DNA of 64,000 nt, from positions 9,424,001 to 9,488,000 of the forward strand of contig CM060731.1 of NCBI GenBank assembly GCA_030704615.1. Reading direction: 5' to 3'. The notes beneath the pieces are model-generated. The model was not told where the DNA came from. It saw only the letters and a list, made by a program, of their open reading frames with translations, and ran no database searches. This DNA is from Takakia lepidozioides (Eukaryota; Plantae; Bryophyta). Positions 49,312 through 61,439 of the stretch are shown here, piece after piece (within the stretch, counting starts at the first letter, position 1; every line of letters starts with the position of its first letter). A program made the position numbers and the translations under genes.

Positions 49312-52300
49312 ATGCAGAAGGAGTGCTGCGTACCCGCGCCTCCAGCGGTGGATACCTCTGTGGGGACAATGGACACCATAGCCGGGCTCTCTGTGTACGT
49401 CAGTGGTTCGGAGTCTGCTTCGGCTGCTGTGATCCTCATCACCGACATTATGGGTACTTCAATTCTCTTCCTCCGTTATGTTGAGCTGATCCGCGTCGTT
49501 TCTCTTTCTTTTAAAATATCATATGTTCCCCCTCCGTTTGAGCATTTGTTGTACGTTCTGGAGTCGTAGGAGAACACTTGAAAAGAAATCAACATGTTTC
49601 TCTTAGCACCATAGCTGTACCCTGGTGCAGTTGACTGGGATAAGATGAACCAGTTGCTCTATAATGAAATTCTGGGACCTCCTTTGGGGAAGCTAGTGGA
49701 CATAAATCGCTGAGCTGGAGTGCTAACTGTGATTATTGGTTACCACAAATTCTCCAATTCTTCGACTCCACTGCACACAGGCAGAAGTTTCCGCACTTCA
49801 GTAGGGCTTCACAGGTTGCACGTTGCATGCTGGTAATCACATGGACCGAGTCAGTCTAATTGCGCTAAAATCTCTGTTTGTTCGTTGTGTGAAAGTACCG
49901 AGCTTGCCATTCTCAGGTGATTGATAACAGTTATATCAGGTTGAAAGGTGAGAACTGTGAAATGGAAACAAGACTAAAGTGATCCTGGAGTAGGCAAAAC
50001 TGATGTTGAGTCCCATTCAAGTTCAGATTGAAGCTTGAGCCCACCAGGGTCTTGAATGTGAGCACATGTACTGACATTCTCGCTGCTATGTTGGTGGTCT
50101 ACAGGATATGAGGGACCTCTTCAAAGGTTACAACTGTCCCTCTCTGTATGTCTTCTCTCTGCATTGTGTCCAGATGTGTCCGAGTATAGAGCTACTATGG
50201 CAGCGGTAGAATGAATGTCAGACCTTCTATTACAGTATCTATGCAAGTTCTACATCTTCCGTCATTTCGACAATCAGATTGTGTTTCATTCAAGTTTTTA
50301 AACTCCAGGACTGACTCCCGAATGGCCAGTATTCTCTGTGACTGTCCCCACAAACTCATCATAGCTGTCTGTTTTAGGCAACTAGGAATGCCTCTGCACC
50401 TGTAGTGTTAGGTTGCTCAAGCCAGAAGGTTCTAAGCAGGCTTTGGGAAGGCTACTCTATTTCCTTCTTCAGTCTGGGTGACAAGATCAGACATCTCTTG
50501 GGGCATTGCTTGTTGTGATGTGTATGACAGGAAACTGGCCGACAAAGTGGCAGAAGCGGGCTACCTGGCGGTAGTTCCAGATTTTTTGGGCGGAGATTTT
50601 TTCAAGCCTCCTGCGAAGATGTTCTCTGGGGCGGACTTTTCGGATGAGTTTATGGCCAAAATATCTGAATACCTCCCAAGACACACCATCCGGTCTCTCT
50701 CTCACTCTCTCTTTCACTCACACAGACCTCTTCAGCACCATTAAGAACTTAGTCCCTGCACCTCTGTTCACCAACATTCATGATCTCGAGGCTGAGCCTT
50801 AAGCCCTGGCCCTCTTGGGGTCTAAATGCTGGGCAGCTCACACACAGCAGATTGATGCTTGTGTGAAGGGATTACTCGAGGAAATCCGGAAAGCCTGAAC
50901 CAATTCTTTATACCATGGTAAGTCCCACTCCTGGAATGAGCCCCTCCCTCTTGTTCTGCCCAAACTGGGCACCAAACTGGACATGCCATAAGGCTATGGC
51001 AAACAACATCTCATGAGTACATTCTTAGCTAGATGGGGTCTATGGCCACGAAGCTATGGCACACAACGTTTTATAAGTACTTCTTTTTGTAGCTAGATTC
51101 TTGTTTGCTCTGTGCAAGCCGTATGGGAATTCAGGATGAGTGTCATATACCCTGGCCGTCTGAGATCCTAGGACCGGCTCTGGCAGATCCGTGCGGACTA
51201 TGCCCATGGGCCACCATTCGCAGGGACTGGCTAATCAATCTTGAGGACAGGATAAGTACAAGCTCCTCTATTGGTTTTCTGCATTCATGTGTGGGCCCAT
51301 GGGAGACAGTCGCTGGTACAAGTTTCCAACTTTTGACAGGAGAAAGTGCAACGTGCACCAGTGAAGACATGATGAATTGGAGAGCTTTGCAAGCAGATTG
51401 GTAGAAAGCAGGGGCTGCAGCCTACCTTTACAGTGAGATTGTGGCTTTTTAATGGCCTGTGTGGTGGCGATGCAGGCTGAATCAGTAGGTGTTGCAAAGC
51501 AGTTAGTGGAGGAGATTAAGGCCAAAAGAATAAGCTCCATTGGTGTAGCAGGCTTCTGTTGGGGAGGTATTACTGTTTGGCTGTTGTGATTGTTTGTCTC
51601 CTTTCCAACATTTTCTTGATCATTACTTGGAGAGGTTCAACATTTATCTGGTCCTGCCCCAAAATTGCTTTCAAGATTGTGGCTAACCCATTACAGCTGC
51701 TGCCTATGTTGGTATTAATCCAGCTTGCAACCTACCCTGTGACTAGAGCGGCTCAACCACCAGGTTAATGTTTAGAGTCTGCCCCTAGTTCTTGATTCCC
51801 GTACCGTGGGATTTGTTTTCTTGATATATCTCTTTGCTGTTTGTGCAGCAAAAGTTGCAGTTCTTCTTGGACAGGAGGAGATCATTAAAGCAATCGTGCA
51901 GCTGCATCCCTCCTTTCTTGAAACTAAAGACTATGAAGGTCAGCCCCCTTGCCTTATTCCGTGACAAGTGCTGTTGCATTTTGTATTCACTTTCCAAATT
52001 GTTGGCTGTATGCTTGTACTGTTGGGTGCTTAACAAATATGCTTTTTTTTTCATCTCTTTTCTTGCATGTTCCAAGTGCAGCACAGCCAAGTCTTATTTT
52101 GGTTTGGAAAGCCTCATTACCTTCCTGACTCGCATAAGACCTTCGGGATGTAATATATGATGTTATTCTCCGTCTCTCTGTAACTGTTTTTTGGACAAAG
52201 AGAATGGGAAGACCCCCAATTAACTGAGAACCTTGCTGATGCCCTTGGCACACCCGAACAGGTAGGAACCCAGACTGATTTAGCAACCAGAGAGCTACGA

Positions 52301-53043
52301 GGGAAGAATAGCTGGGGAAGGTCAATCACCTCCCAAGAAAAGGAGCCAAATGAATATTTAAAGAGGGAAGAGGTACATGGCACTGACACAGAATCAGCGA
52401 CACAAGCCTCAACCGAGTTGTGGTAAGACTGTGATGTACGAAGTATGGGGAAAACTGACACAACCAACTTGGCCCTCTAACAAACGCACACTGCATGCCA
52501 GTGTTGAATCCAAGAACTGTGGATGTCAATGCAGAGGTGAATGTACCGGTTTCAGTATTGGCTGCTCCAACAGATGGGGCTGAGAAGGCTATACCAATCC
52601 TGCCATCACGCACAAAGGTCACCTTTTAACTTTATTATAAACTTTGGTAGTTCTAATTCTTCCGTGTCTGACATTGTAATGAGTGTGGCATATGCAGAAA
52701 GTTTATATTAACCTCTACTGATCTCTTTCAGAGATGTCGACACTTTGCTGGATGGGTTGTGGAGTGTGTTTTAATTTTCATGGTCTTTTTAACAGAATTT
52801 GGAGGCAATTTCCAGGGCAGGTTCCTTTTCAGCTAGGCTTGTGCAGCATAACCTGGAGCTGATCTCTCTGTCTTTGTCAAATCGGAAATGTTTGCTGGTT
52901 TGCAGTTACAAAGCTATGGGAAGATATTTCCAAACATGAAGCATGGTTGGACAATAAGATATGATGAAACATCTCCAGCAGCAGTGGAGGCGGCTGTAGA
53001 GGCACACCAGCTCATGCTTGACTGGTTTGTCAAGTACCTCTAG
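49312..53043 (+). CDS. Dienelactone hydrolase family protein; probable 2-nt frameshift at the end of exon 3
   Basis: Exons 49312-49453, 50105-50126, 50531-50692, 51476-51566, 51849-51938, 52535-52617, 52906-53043. Motifs ITDIMG, VVPDF, GFCWGA, HPS, KHGW. Confidence 0.85.
50790..51090 (+). mobile_element. Intronic 3' fragment of the same LINE family as 37250-37700
   Basis: Shared cagcagattgatgcttgtgtgaaggga and 3' tail caaacaa..ct.atgagtacattct. Confidence 0.65.
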
Positions 53044-53566
53044 ACATCCAGCTTACTCAGGGTAGCAAGAGCCTGAATTAATTTTCCTCCTCTGGCAAGA
53101 CGGAATTGTGAGCTGGCACTTGCAGTTCTCCCTTTCGGAAGAAAAATTAACAATACTCTGCCATGGCGTTTTAATAGGCCCTAAAGTTGTATAAACCAAG
53201 GTTTTGGCATATGCAACAGCAGTATTGATGTGCGTTGAAACTTGCATTGATCATTCTACCAGCTGCATAGATTTTCCCTTGTTGGTGATAGTTCTGTCAG
53301 GCTTTACCTTTGTATTTAAGGGACAGTTCTCAGGCAGAACTTTGAATATCTCTCATAAGAGGACCTTAGGCTGTGTAAGGTTACTGATGAGCGGCGATGT
53401 GTGCAATAAGCTGATGTCAGAACTTTACGCTGTGTCAGGCAGCCCTCACCGAGCCTTAAATGGGGTTCAAACTCTAGACTTCGGCCTCCTGTCCTCAGTG
53501 CTCAGGCCCTCTTCAGAGTATACAGAGAGCTAACTGATACCGCTCAGTTTTTTTCTGCTTGAAAGT

Positions 53567-56500
53567 TGTAACACCACAACCCAATCATCCAGTGTACACA
53601 TCAGGGATAAGCCAAATTTCATAATGTGGCGGACTTCCAAGAGAATGTTTTTACAGTCGGTTGCCTGGTCAGGATGCCTCCCGGGAGTAGGCTGGTCCCC
53701 AGAGTGGGCCTTCTATCACCAAAGAGCAACCTGAACACCCAGCCACATGAATTGCTAGTGGCCACGCTGATTGGATTTGAGGATCTACCTCATATGTTTG
53801 CGCATCTGAAGTGGGTTACAAGTTGCAAGATTTGACCAAGATAGTTCATGAACTTTGTTAATGCAGAATGATCCAGGTAAAATTGAGTAGGAAGGCTAAG
53901 CAAGATCCTCTGAAAAAAATGAATTGCTCAAATGCAAGTCCGCAAGATCCCCCCCAGATTTGGGGGCTCTGGAGTCTGCATGCTTCCTAGACAGGTGTTA
54001 AACTTTATTTATCTACTGTTGAACAGAACTAGTAGGTTAACAAATTATTAACAATGTCTCTGGTGCCTGGACACCCCCTTAAAAGGATTGTGATCCCCAA
54101 TGATAGGTACAGTTACCCTATACCTCTTTGTTTAAGTATCCAGTGGAGGCCCTACTGATCAATGAGTACTCCTACGTCTGCGACACTTGGTTCGGACCTA
54201 TGTATGGAGGCCACTGCCTACTCACATGCCAAGACGTCCTCAGGATTGGATAGAGAATTGAATGTCTCCAGTCTTGCTGCGGGTGGAGGGACAGTAGTAC
54301 CAGTGCCCTCCACCTCGTCTGCTGGTCATACACGTCATGTGGGGACTCTTCCTATTCAACAGATGGGGTGGTTGCCACAGATTGCAGCCAGTCAGGCTAT
54401 AGGTACACATGCTAGCAATGTTAGTACTATTCCTGTCATGCTAGTAGTCTAGGCTTTAGAACAGCTCCAATGGTGGGAGTGGCATCCACTCCTCCCATGA
54501 GTGGTGTGCCACAGCCCCACCTACAATCAGTTTACCCAGCTGCTCAGTCAAATGTGGTATCACAAACCCTCCCCATGGGCATGCGGACACCACATGCAAG
54601 TCTGTCATCCTCTAGTATGGGACCAGCCAATAGTGGGGTCAATCAAGGTACTGCATCTGCTACTAATCATATGCATACTGCCAGTAGCACTTCTGTTCCT
54701 ACTCAGGCCACTATTCCCTGCTGTCTTGCTCATGCATCTGTTCTTCCTGTACACATAAACCATAGCTTGCCTTGTCATCCGATCCCTCAGCTCACCACTC
54801 AACCCTATCCATAGTATAACATGGGAGAAGACTTTGATAGGTACCTTCAAATGTTTGAAGTTATTGCTAGCGTGAATGGAGTGCCTAAGAACTTCGAATT
54901 GATCTTTAGGATGAGCTTGAAGGTGTCAGCTCGTGACTTGCTGCATGCAGCAGTCATGGATGATCCCAGCCTCAATTGGACAACCCTTATAGAATGTGCT
55001 AAGACCTTGTTCAAACCTCCTGAAAGGCCTCTGGATTGCTTTGCTAAGCTCTCTTCCATGACTTACCAGCCTGGGGAATCCTTGTGGCAATTCTGCATGG
55101 ATATCAAGTTTGCTGCTGTTGAAAACATCATTGACCCGGCAGAGAGAGATCGCATGGTCAAAAGGTATTTTCTCCTTGGATTGCCCCCTGCTATTCAAAA
55201 TTGGGCTCAACGTCGTCATTTTGCCAATGACAAAACTATTTTAGCAAAAATTAACCTTAAGATGGCAGACTTGGCTGACAGCAAATCAACGCAACATCAT
55301 GCCAAGTTTCAAGCTCCAATGGGCTCCGAGCTGGCATGGCTGCAACATCTGTACCTTATGTTCCTCCTGCTATGCATTGCAAAACAGATGACTTCACCCT
55401 TCAAGGGTTGACCAACACAATAGACAGTCTCAGTGAGTTTGTAGCCACTCAATTTGCTGCCATGCAAGCTCATCAATAGCGTTGGCAGCCTCGCCATATG
55501 CAATGATAAGCAAGTGGCAATAATAGGGTTCGCACCCAAACTAGTCAAGAATATGAAGGTAATCGTGCTGCATGTTATATCTGTGGGTCTTTTGAGCACT
55601 GGACTAAGTATTGTCCAGACAGGGCAAGGTTACCAGAGCTGATCAAGAACAAGAAGGATGCTAGTGGTTCTTCCCCTTCTTTGAACTAGAGAGACCTCTT
55701 GGGAAGGGGGCAAGAGGTCCATCATCTACCAACCCTACCTCTCTTGTACCAATTCAAGTTGTTTTATCTACTAACTTTAAAGCCTTGCATTGTTCTCTCG
55801 GCAGATCAGGCTGCTGACCAACAGATCAGTCCCCTTATGGCTCAGTGCCATATCCATGAGCTAAGCTTTCCCTGCTTGATTGATACATGATGCACTATAT
55901 CTGCCAAACATTTGAATGTAGTAAGAGTTCTTGGTCTTAAGCTATGCCTTGCCTCAGGAATTGAGGTTCTGATTGCTGATAGGTCGAGATATGAGCCTAT
56001 GGGATTAGTTATTGTGCCCATCAGGATTCACAAGAAAGAGGTGGTGGTGACCTGCATAGTTACTACTGGGGAACAATTCCTGTTAGGCCTTGACTGGATG
56101 ACTGGAGCTGGTGCCACCATCAGCCTGGCAGACTACTCTCTTCGCTTTAACAATGGTGAAGGACATGAGGTCGTGGTCCCAGCCTTGAAAGCAGTAAAAA
56201 TCAAGGTTGGGTCTGCTACGGCCCATCTATCCAGAGTCTAGGCCATGGTCAAAGAGACAACAAAACTCTCACTCCATTGGAATGATTTTTACAAGTTTCA
56301 GCCTAATCTTCAACTCTTATATCAATGGCATGTTCCTAGTGCTGGTAATAAAATAAGGATGCCCATAGCTATTCCAAAGAATTCTACCCCGATTCGTGCA
56401 CCTCCCAACATAACCATCCCTGCCATGACCCAGAAAGTGGTCAAATCTGACGTGGCCTTCCTCTGTCCAGCTGCTCACTTCCTAGAAGTTCAAGGATGGA

Positions 56501-59118
56501 GGAGACTGACTGCCCTTAAGCATTGCCTGATGGCCATAGGTGTTATAGATAGGGGATATAGACAAGAAGTCAAGATTCTATTTGCTAATCCAGAGCGCTT
56601 CCATGTGACTATTAAGAAAGGGCAGGTCCTGGCTCGCATCACTGCTTTACCCATTGCTGAAATACAAGAGGTGCAAGCTGGCTTTGGACTAGAGGCCATT
56701 GACATACAACATGGCCCCTTGGATGCTGTTATTGCTTTTGCTGCAATTTCACCACCACCTGTCCCTAATCTCAGTCCTGAGATAAGAAAGCCCTCACCAA
56801 AGTACTATCTGAAATCAAGTTGGATACCACCCTCTCCTCAGGCCAAAAGAGAAGAGTTGAGATGCTTATTGCAAAAAATCTAGATGTTTTCAGCTTGGGA
56901 TCCACAGATCTAGGACACACTCCCATCCCTCAACATGACATTGTTACTGAAGAACCTCCCGTTAAACAATTTGCTTACCGAGAGAGTGTCAAGGAGCGTG
57001 CTATAGTCCAAGAGGAAGTCCAGAAAATGCTAGATGTTGGTGTGATTAAGCCATCAGTTTCTCCTTGGGCCAGTCCAATTGTCCTGGTTGGAAAGAAAGA
57101 TGGCACCACCTGCTTTTGTTTTGACTTCAGGAAACTGAATGACATCACCAAGAAGGATGCCTACCCACTACCTAGGATCAATGAGACCTTGGATCAATTG
57201 CAATTTTCTCTTCTCTTGATCTTGCATCTGGGTTTTGGCAAGTTCCTCTCACTGATACAGCCAAGGAAAAGACCTTATTTGTGTGTCGCATGGGCAAATA
57301 CCAATATGAGACCATGCCCTTTGGTTTGTGCAATGCCACCTCCACCTTCCAACGCCTCATGGACATTGTCTTGGGCAATCTTTGATGGGAATGTGCCTTA
57401 ATTATTGTAGATGATATCAATGTGTACTCAGCCAGTTGTGATGCCCACTTGACTGACCTGCAGCGTGTTTTCAGCAAATTGCGCACTGCAGGGCTCAAAG
57501 TGAAGCCAAAGCAGTGTGAGCTGTTCATGCCTGAGCTATACTTTCTTGGTCATATCCTCTCCAATGATGATTTGCTTCCTGATCCTGCCAAGCTTGAGTA
57601 TGTTTGTTCCTATTCCCAGGGATAAACATTGTAGCAAATCCTTCCTTGGTCTGACTTCTTATTATAGGCGCTTCATAAAAATCTTTGTCAAGTTTGCTCA
57701 CCCTCTCACCAAGGTATTGTGCAAAGATGCCAGGTTTGAATAGACCTTCTTCCAACAGACTACTTTTGAGACCCTTTGCAAGGCTTTGTGTTCATCTCTT
57801 ATCCTGATGTTTCCCAATTTTGAATTACCTTTCTTGCTTCAGACCGATGCATCAGATGCTACCATTTCTGCAATCTTATGTCAAGTTGTAGAAGACAAGG
57901 AGAGCATGTGATAGCTTATACATCTCGTCGTCTTGATCGTCATGAAAGGAACTATTCCATATCTGACAAGGAGGGTCTGGCCTTGGTATTTGGTGTGAAG
58001 CATTTCAGGCAATATTTACATGGCAGCCGGTTTGTGATAGCCTACTGATCATCTTTCAATTAAGGTTCTTATTAAGCCAATGGAACTTCATGGCAGACTT
58101 GCTAGATGGACTATGTACCTACAAGAATTTGACATGGATATAGTCTACAAAAAGGGCAAGGAAAACACAAATGTTGATGCGCTTACACGAGTTGATCCTC
58201 CTGTCAGCAAGCCTATGCTCACCTTGGATGACCTTGCTATTACTGATGTAGCCCCTCCTCTTGATCCAACCCCTCTTCTCAACCTTCTTTGTGCAAATCA
58301 ACACCCCTTGGCCTTGGATTCCAATGGCATATTGGCTGTTTGGGACTGGTCTAGCTTTCTTGATGATCCTGGTTGATTTATTCGTGTGTTAGTATGTGTG
58401 ACGGATTTATCGCTTAGAGGGAATTCGGATGGTTTGGTGGAAATTCCTTGTTGTGTTTCAGCTCTTCTCCTTCCTAAGCCCCCGAGTTTGTTGTGATTCA
58501 GCTGCTGCACTCCGGTGTGACTATTGGCTTTAACCTCATTTCTTTATTTGGCTGTCCATGAGTAGTAACAAATGAGGTGAAGGTATCCCTGACTGAAGAT
58601 CATAGGTGCAGGCACTCCATACCACCTTCTCTAAAACCCATTGTCCACCTCTTATATGCAGTGCAGTCATGGATGATCAGCTACATGCTGCACTACTCCA
58701 GCGATGCCAATCAGGGCGTTCGCCAGCAGGCATTTCCGAGTCTTTGCGTAAATAAATTCTCTATCATGTGTCTACTCTCCATTTCATGGGTGATAAGCTT
58801 TTCAAGGAGCTCACTAGAGGGGGAGTGCCATGCTATTTGGAGGTGCCACCACGGAGCCAGCTGAATGCTTTATTGGAGCGTTTCCATTGTTCTTTGTATG
58901 CAGGTCACCTTGGTATCAAGAAAACCATGGCCCGCATCCAAGAGGTTTCCTATTGGCTGGGCATTCACCGGGACGTCACGGAGTTTATCTCTAAGTGTGA
59001 AGGTTGTCGTGCTAACATTGCTCTCCCTAGGGCCCGGATCTTGTATAAGCTGCAACCTTTACCTGTCACCTATGTTTTTGCTCGTGTTGGCATTGACTTA
59101 GTAGGACCCCTCGCACTC
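53567..59118 (+). mobile_element. Degenerate Ty3/gypsy LTR retrotransposon (gag-PR-dUTPase-RT-RH-partial IN)
   Basis: gag ~54821-55620 with CYICGSFEHWTKYC knuckle; protease LIDT* ~55875; GVIDRGYRQEVKI; RT SPWASP..DFRKLN..YPLPRI, IVDDI; RNase H QTDAS; IN HHCC finger, truncated at GIDLVGPL. The LTR start (TGTAAC, 53567) is tentative. Confidence 0.9.
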
Positions 59119-59867
59119 TAGTGTTGGACTGGTATATAGGGTCTGGCCGGGTATCAACCAGGGTATTGAATAACCGACCCGGTTGGTATTGGAAATTCCA
59201 ATACTGTGGTTGATATTAACCGGACCGGCTGGTATTGCCAAGGCAATATTACCTGTATTATGGGCAAAAACAAGGACTATACCATGGTATGAATAGGAAA
59301 TTGGCTGGGTGCACAATATGTCAGGGGTTAGGGTAAGAGGGTACACATGTGAGGGAGGGCATGTCGAGCCCTAAGGACCTGCCACTATGCTTCATTACCA
59401 CATGTAGGGCGGGCCCGCCCCTATTCTTTATTTTTTTTAACACATGTAGGGTGTCTTATGTGGTTGCAATCATTCTTCTTTTAACTAAGCTTGCTTCAAT
59501 TTGGATACTAAAATCTGCAACGTTGTTATCATGTATTGCAAAGACTGAATTTTGCAACATAATAATATATTTCTTTGTGAAATCAACTGAAATCTTTTAA
59601 ATTCATACGTATTAATGATTTAATGGTTATTTTTATTTTTATTTTTATTTTTTATTTCCGGGTTGATAACCGACTGGTATTAGATTGGAATACCCATCCT
59701 ATTGATACCCGTCCGCAAATCGAAAATCATACTCCTATTGAGAACCGGCGGGTATTAAAATAAAGGGAATCTTTCAATACTATGGAACCAACTGGTATTG
59801 CAAATTAATTTCTTTTCAATATCCGGACCCGGCTGGTATTAGAAAAAGTAATACCCGCCCAACACTG
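59119..59867. mobile_element. hAT-like non-autonomous element (MITE)
   Basis: Imperfect TIRs TAGTGTTGGACTGGTAT / ATACCCGCCCAACACTG; subterminal ACCGG/CTGGTATT motifs; no TSD seen. Confidence 0.6.
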
Positions 59868-59882
59868 GTGTATACTCTGTGA

Positions 59883-60350
59883 AGCCTTAAAACAAGCCTG
59901 AAGCATATACTACTTTCTTCTCAAGAAGCAAGGTTTCACAACAAAGAGGCGAGCGGAAAGAGCAGACAACGCGCGAGAGGAGGATAAAACACACGGATCT
60001 GACACAAAGCAGCTCTCATCCAAAGCTTGTACACTCACTTCCCTTATACACTAACACCCGGGTACACCGCCCTAACCTTGTGTCAGGGCGCCGTCTTTAT
60101 ACAAAAGACCTAGCTTCAGTTGTCCGTTGCGTGGCGAGGCGTTACAAGCCAAAACCCACGGCGCCGTTTAAACACCCTAGAGCAGATGAAGGGCCAGGAT
60201 GTGGCCACCAGCCAGAACTAATCCTAACCTAGATATCATTGTAACGGTTTAACGGCATTATACGCCAAACAAATATACTATGGATATATATTGCCATTTT
60301 GGATGAAACGGGCCATTTCTAGTCTAGGAAAGTATGGGCCATCATATCTG
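59883..60350 (-). repeat. Inverted copy of the 44690-45133 repeat
   Basis: Reverse-complement similarity to 44690-45133. Confidence 0.85.
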
Positions 60351-60837
60351 TGAAGCCTACCCCCCCACGAAAAATCCTGAGCTCCGCGAAGGAAAACAAA
60401 TAATAAGGAAATATCACCCTCCACTGCTGGGTGAAAAACCTATCAAGGGAAAATCTGGCACCTGCAAGTTGGGCCGAGGACAAAACCCTTGGCTAGGGGA
60501 AACCGTGCAGGAACTACCACTACAACACACCCTATGTAATTTCGACGATTTAGTTTGACGCTGGCGTTGACTGTTGTCACTTTCGATTGTTCCAACCATT
60601 TTGCAGTCAAATTTTATATTAAAATATTCGAGGTGCTAGACAATCGCGAAAATTTTGACTGTAGTGAGAGACTTTGACTACGTAAAATGAGCTGACTGAG
60701 ACAACCAGTTAAGCAATGGCACGTGTAGTCACAATATATAAATTATATAGCAATATATATGTGGATAATAATAAGTAAAAAAAATACCTATTTTTTCACT
60801 AACCCAACACATTAATAGTAAACTAATCGTGTGCTGG

Positions 60838-61085
60838 TTAAGGTTAGTGAAACAAAACAACTGAATTATATGAACGAATGATAAACAAATGCCTTGCTGG
60901 CAGCTATTGGATGAACGTATGAAAGGTTAGTGAAACAAAACAACTGAATTACCTCAATGGGTGATAAACAAACGCCTTGCTGGCAGCTATTGGATAAACG
61001 TATGAAATATAATTTTTGTGCACTGGATGAACGTATGATAAAGAGAACACCTTGCTGGCAACTATTGTATGAACGTATGAAAGGA
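60838..61085. repeat. Short degenerate tandem repeat (ccttgctggcarctattg..atgaacgtatga, ~3 copies)
   Basis: Copies at ~60892, 60975 and 61050; aggttagtgaaacaaaacaactgaatta occurs twice. Confidence 0.8.
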
Positions 61086-61439
61086 TGATAATGCACTTGG
61101 CTCGAGTTTAGGGTTGCTAGGTCACAGTGTGCAGCCCGGTTGGGACTTAGTGTTTTTTTTGGGGTCGGCGTGGTTCAAGAGCTCCGCAGGCTTAGGGACT
61201 TCGCGTTTGTTTGTCTTTGTGCCACCATCTGTGTTTTCTTAAGGTTCGCGAACCAGGATAAGCGGTTTCTCAAAGACTAGTATCTTGCTGTGTGCACATG
61301 AGAGAGTGGGTGGGCGAGGGGAGGAGAGAATAGAGAGAGAGAAGTGCCGCGCAGCGAGTGTACTGTTTGTGGGATCAACCTGTATGTTTGCTCTTGTTGT
61401 ATCGGCCATTGTCACAACGTGTGCTATATGGGAGCTTTA

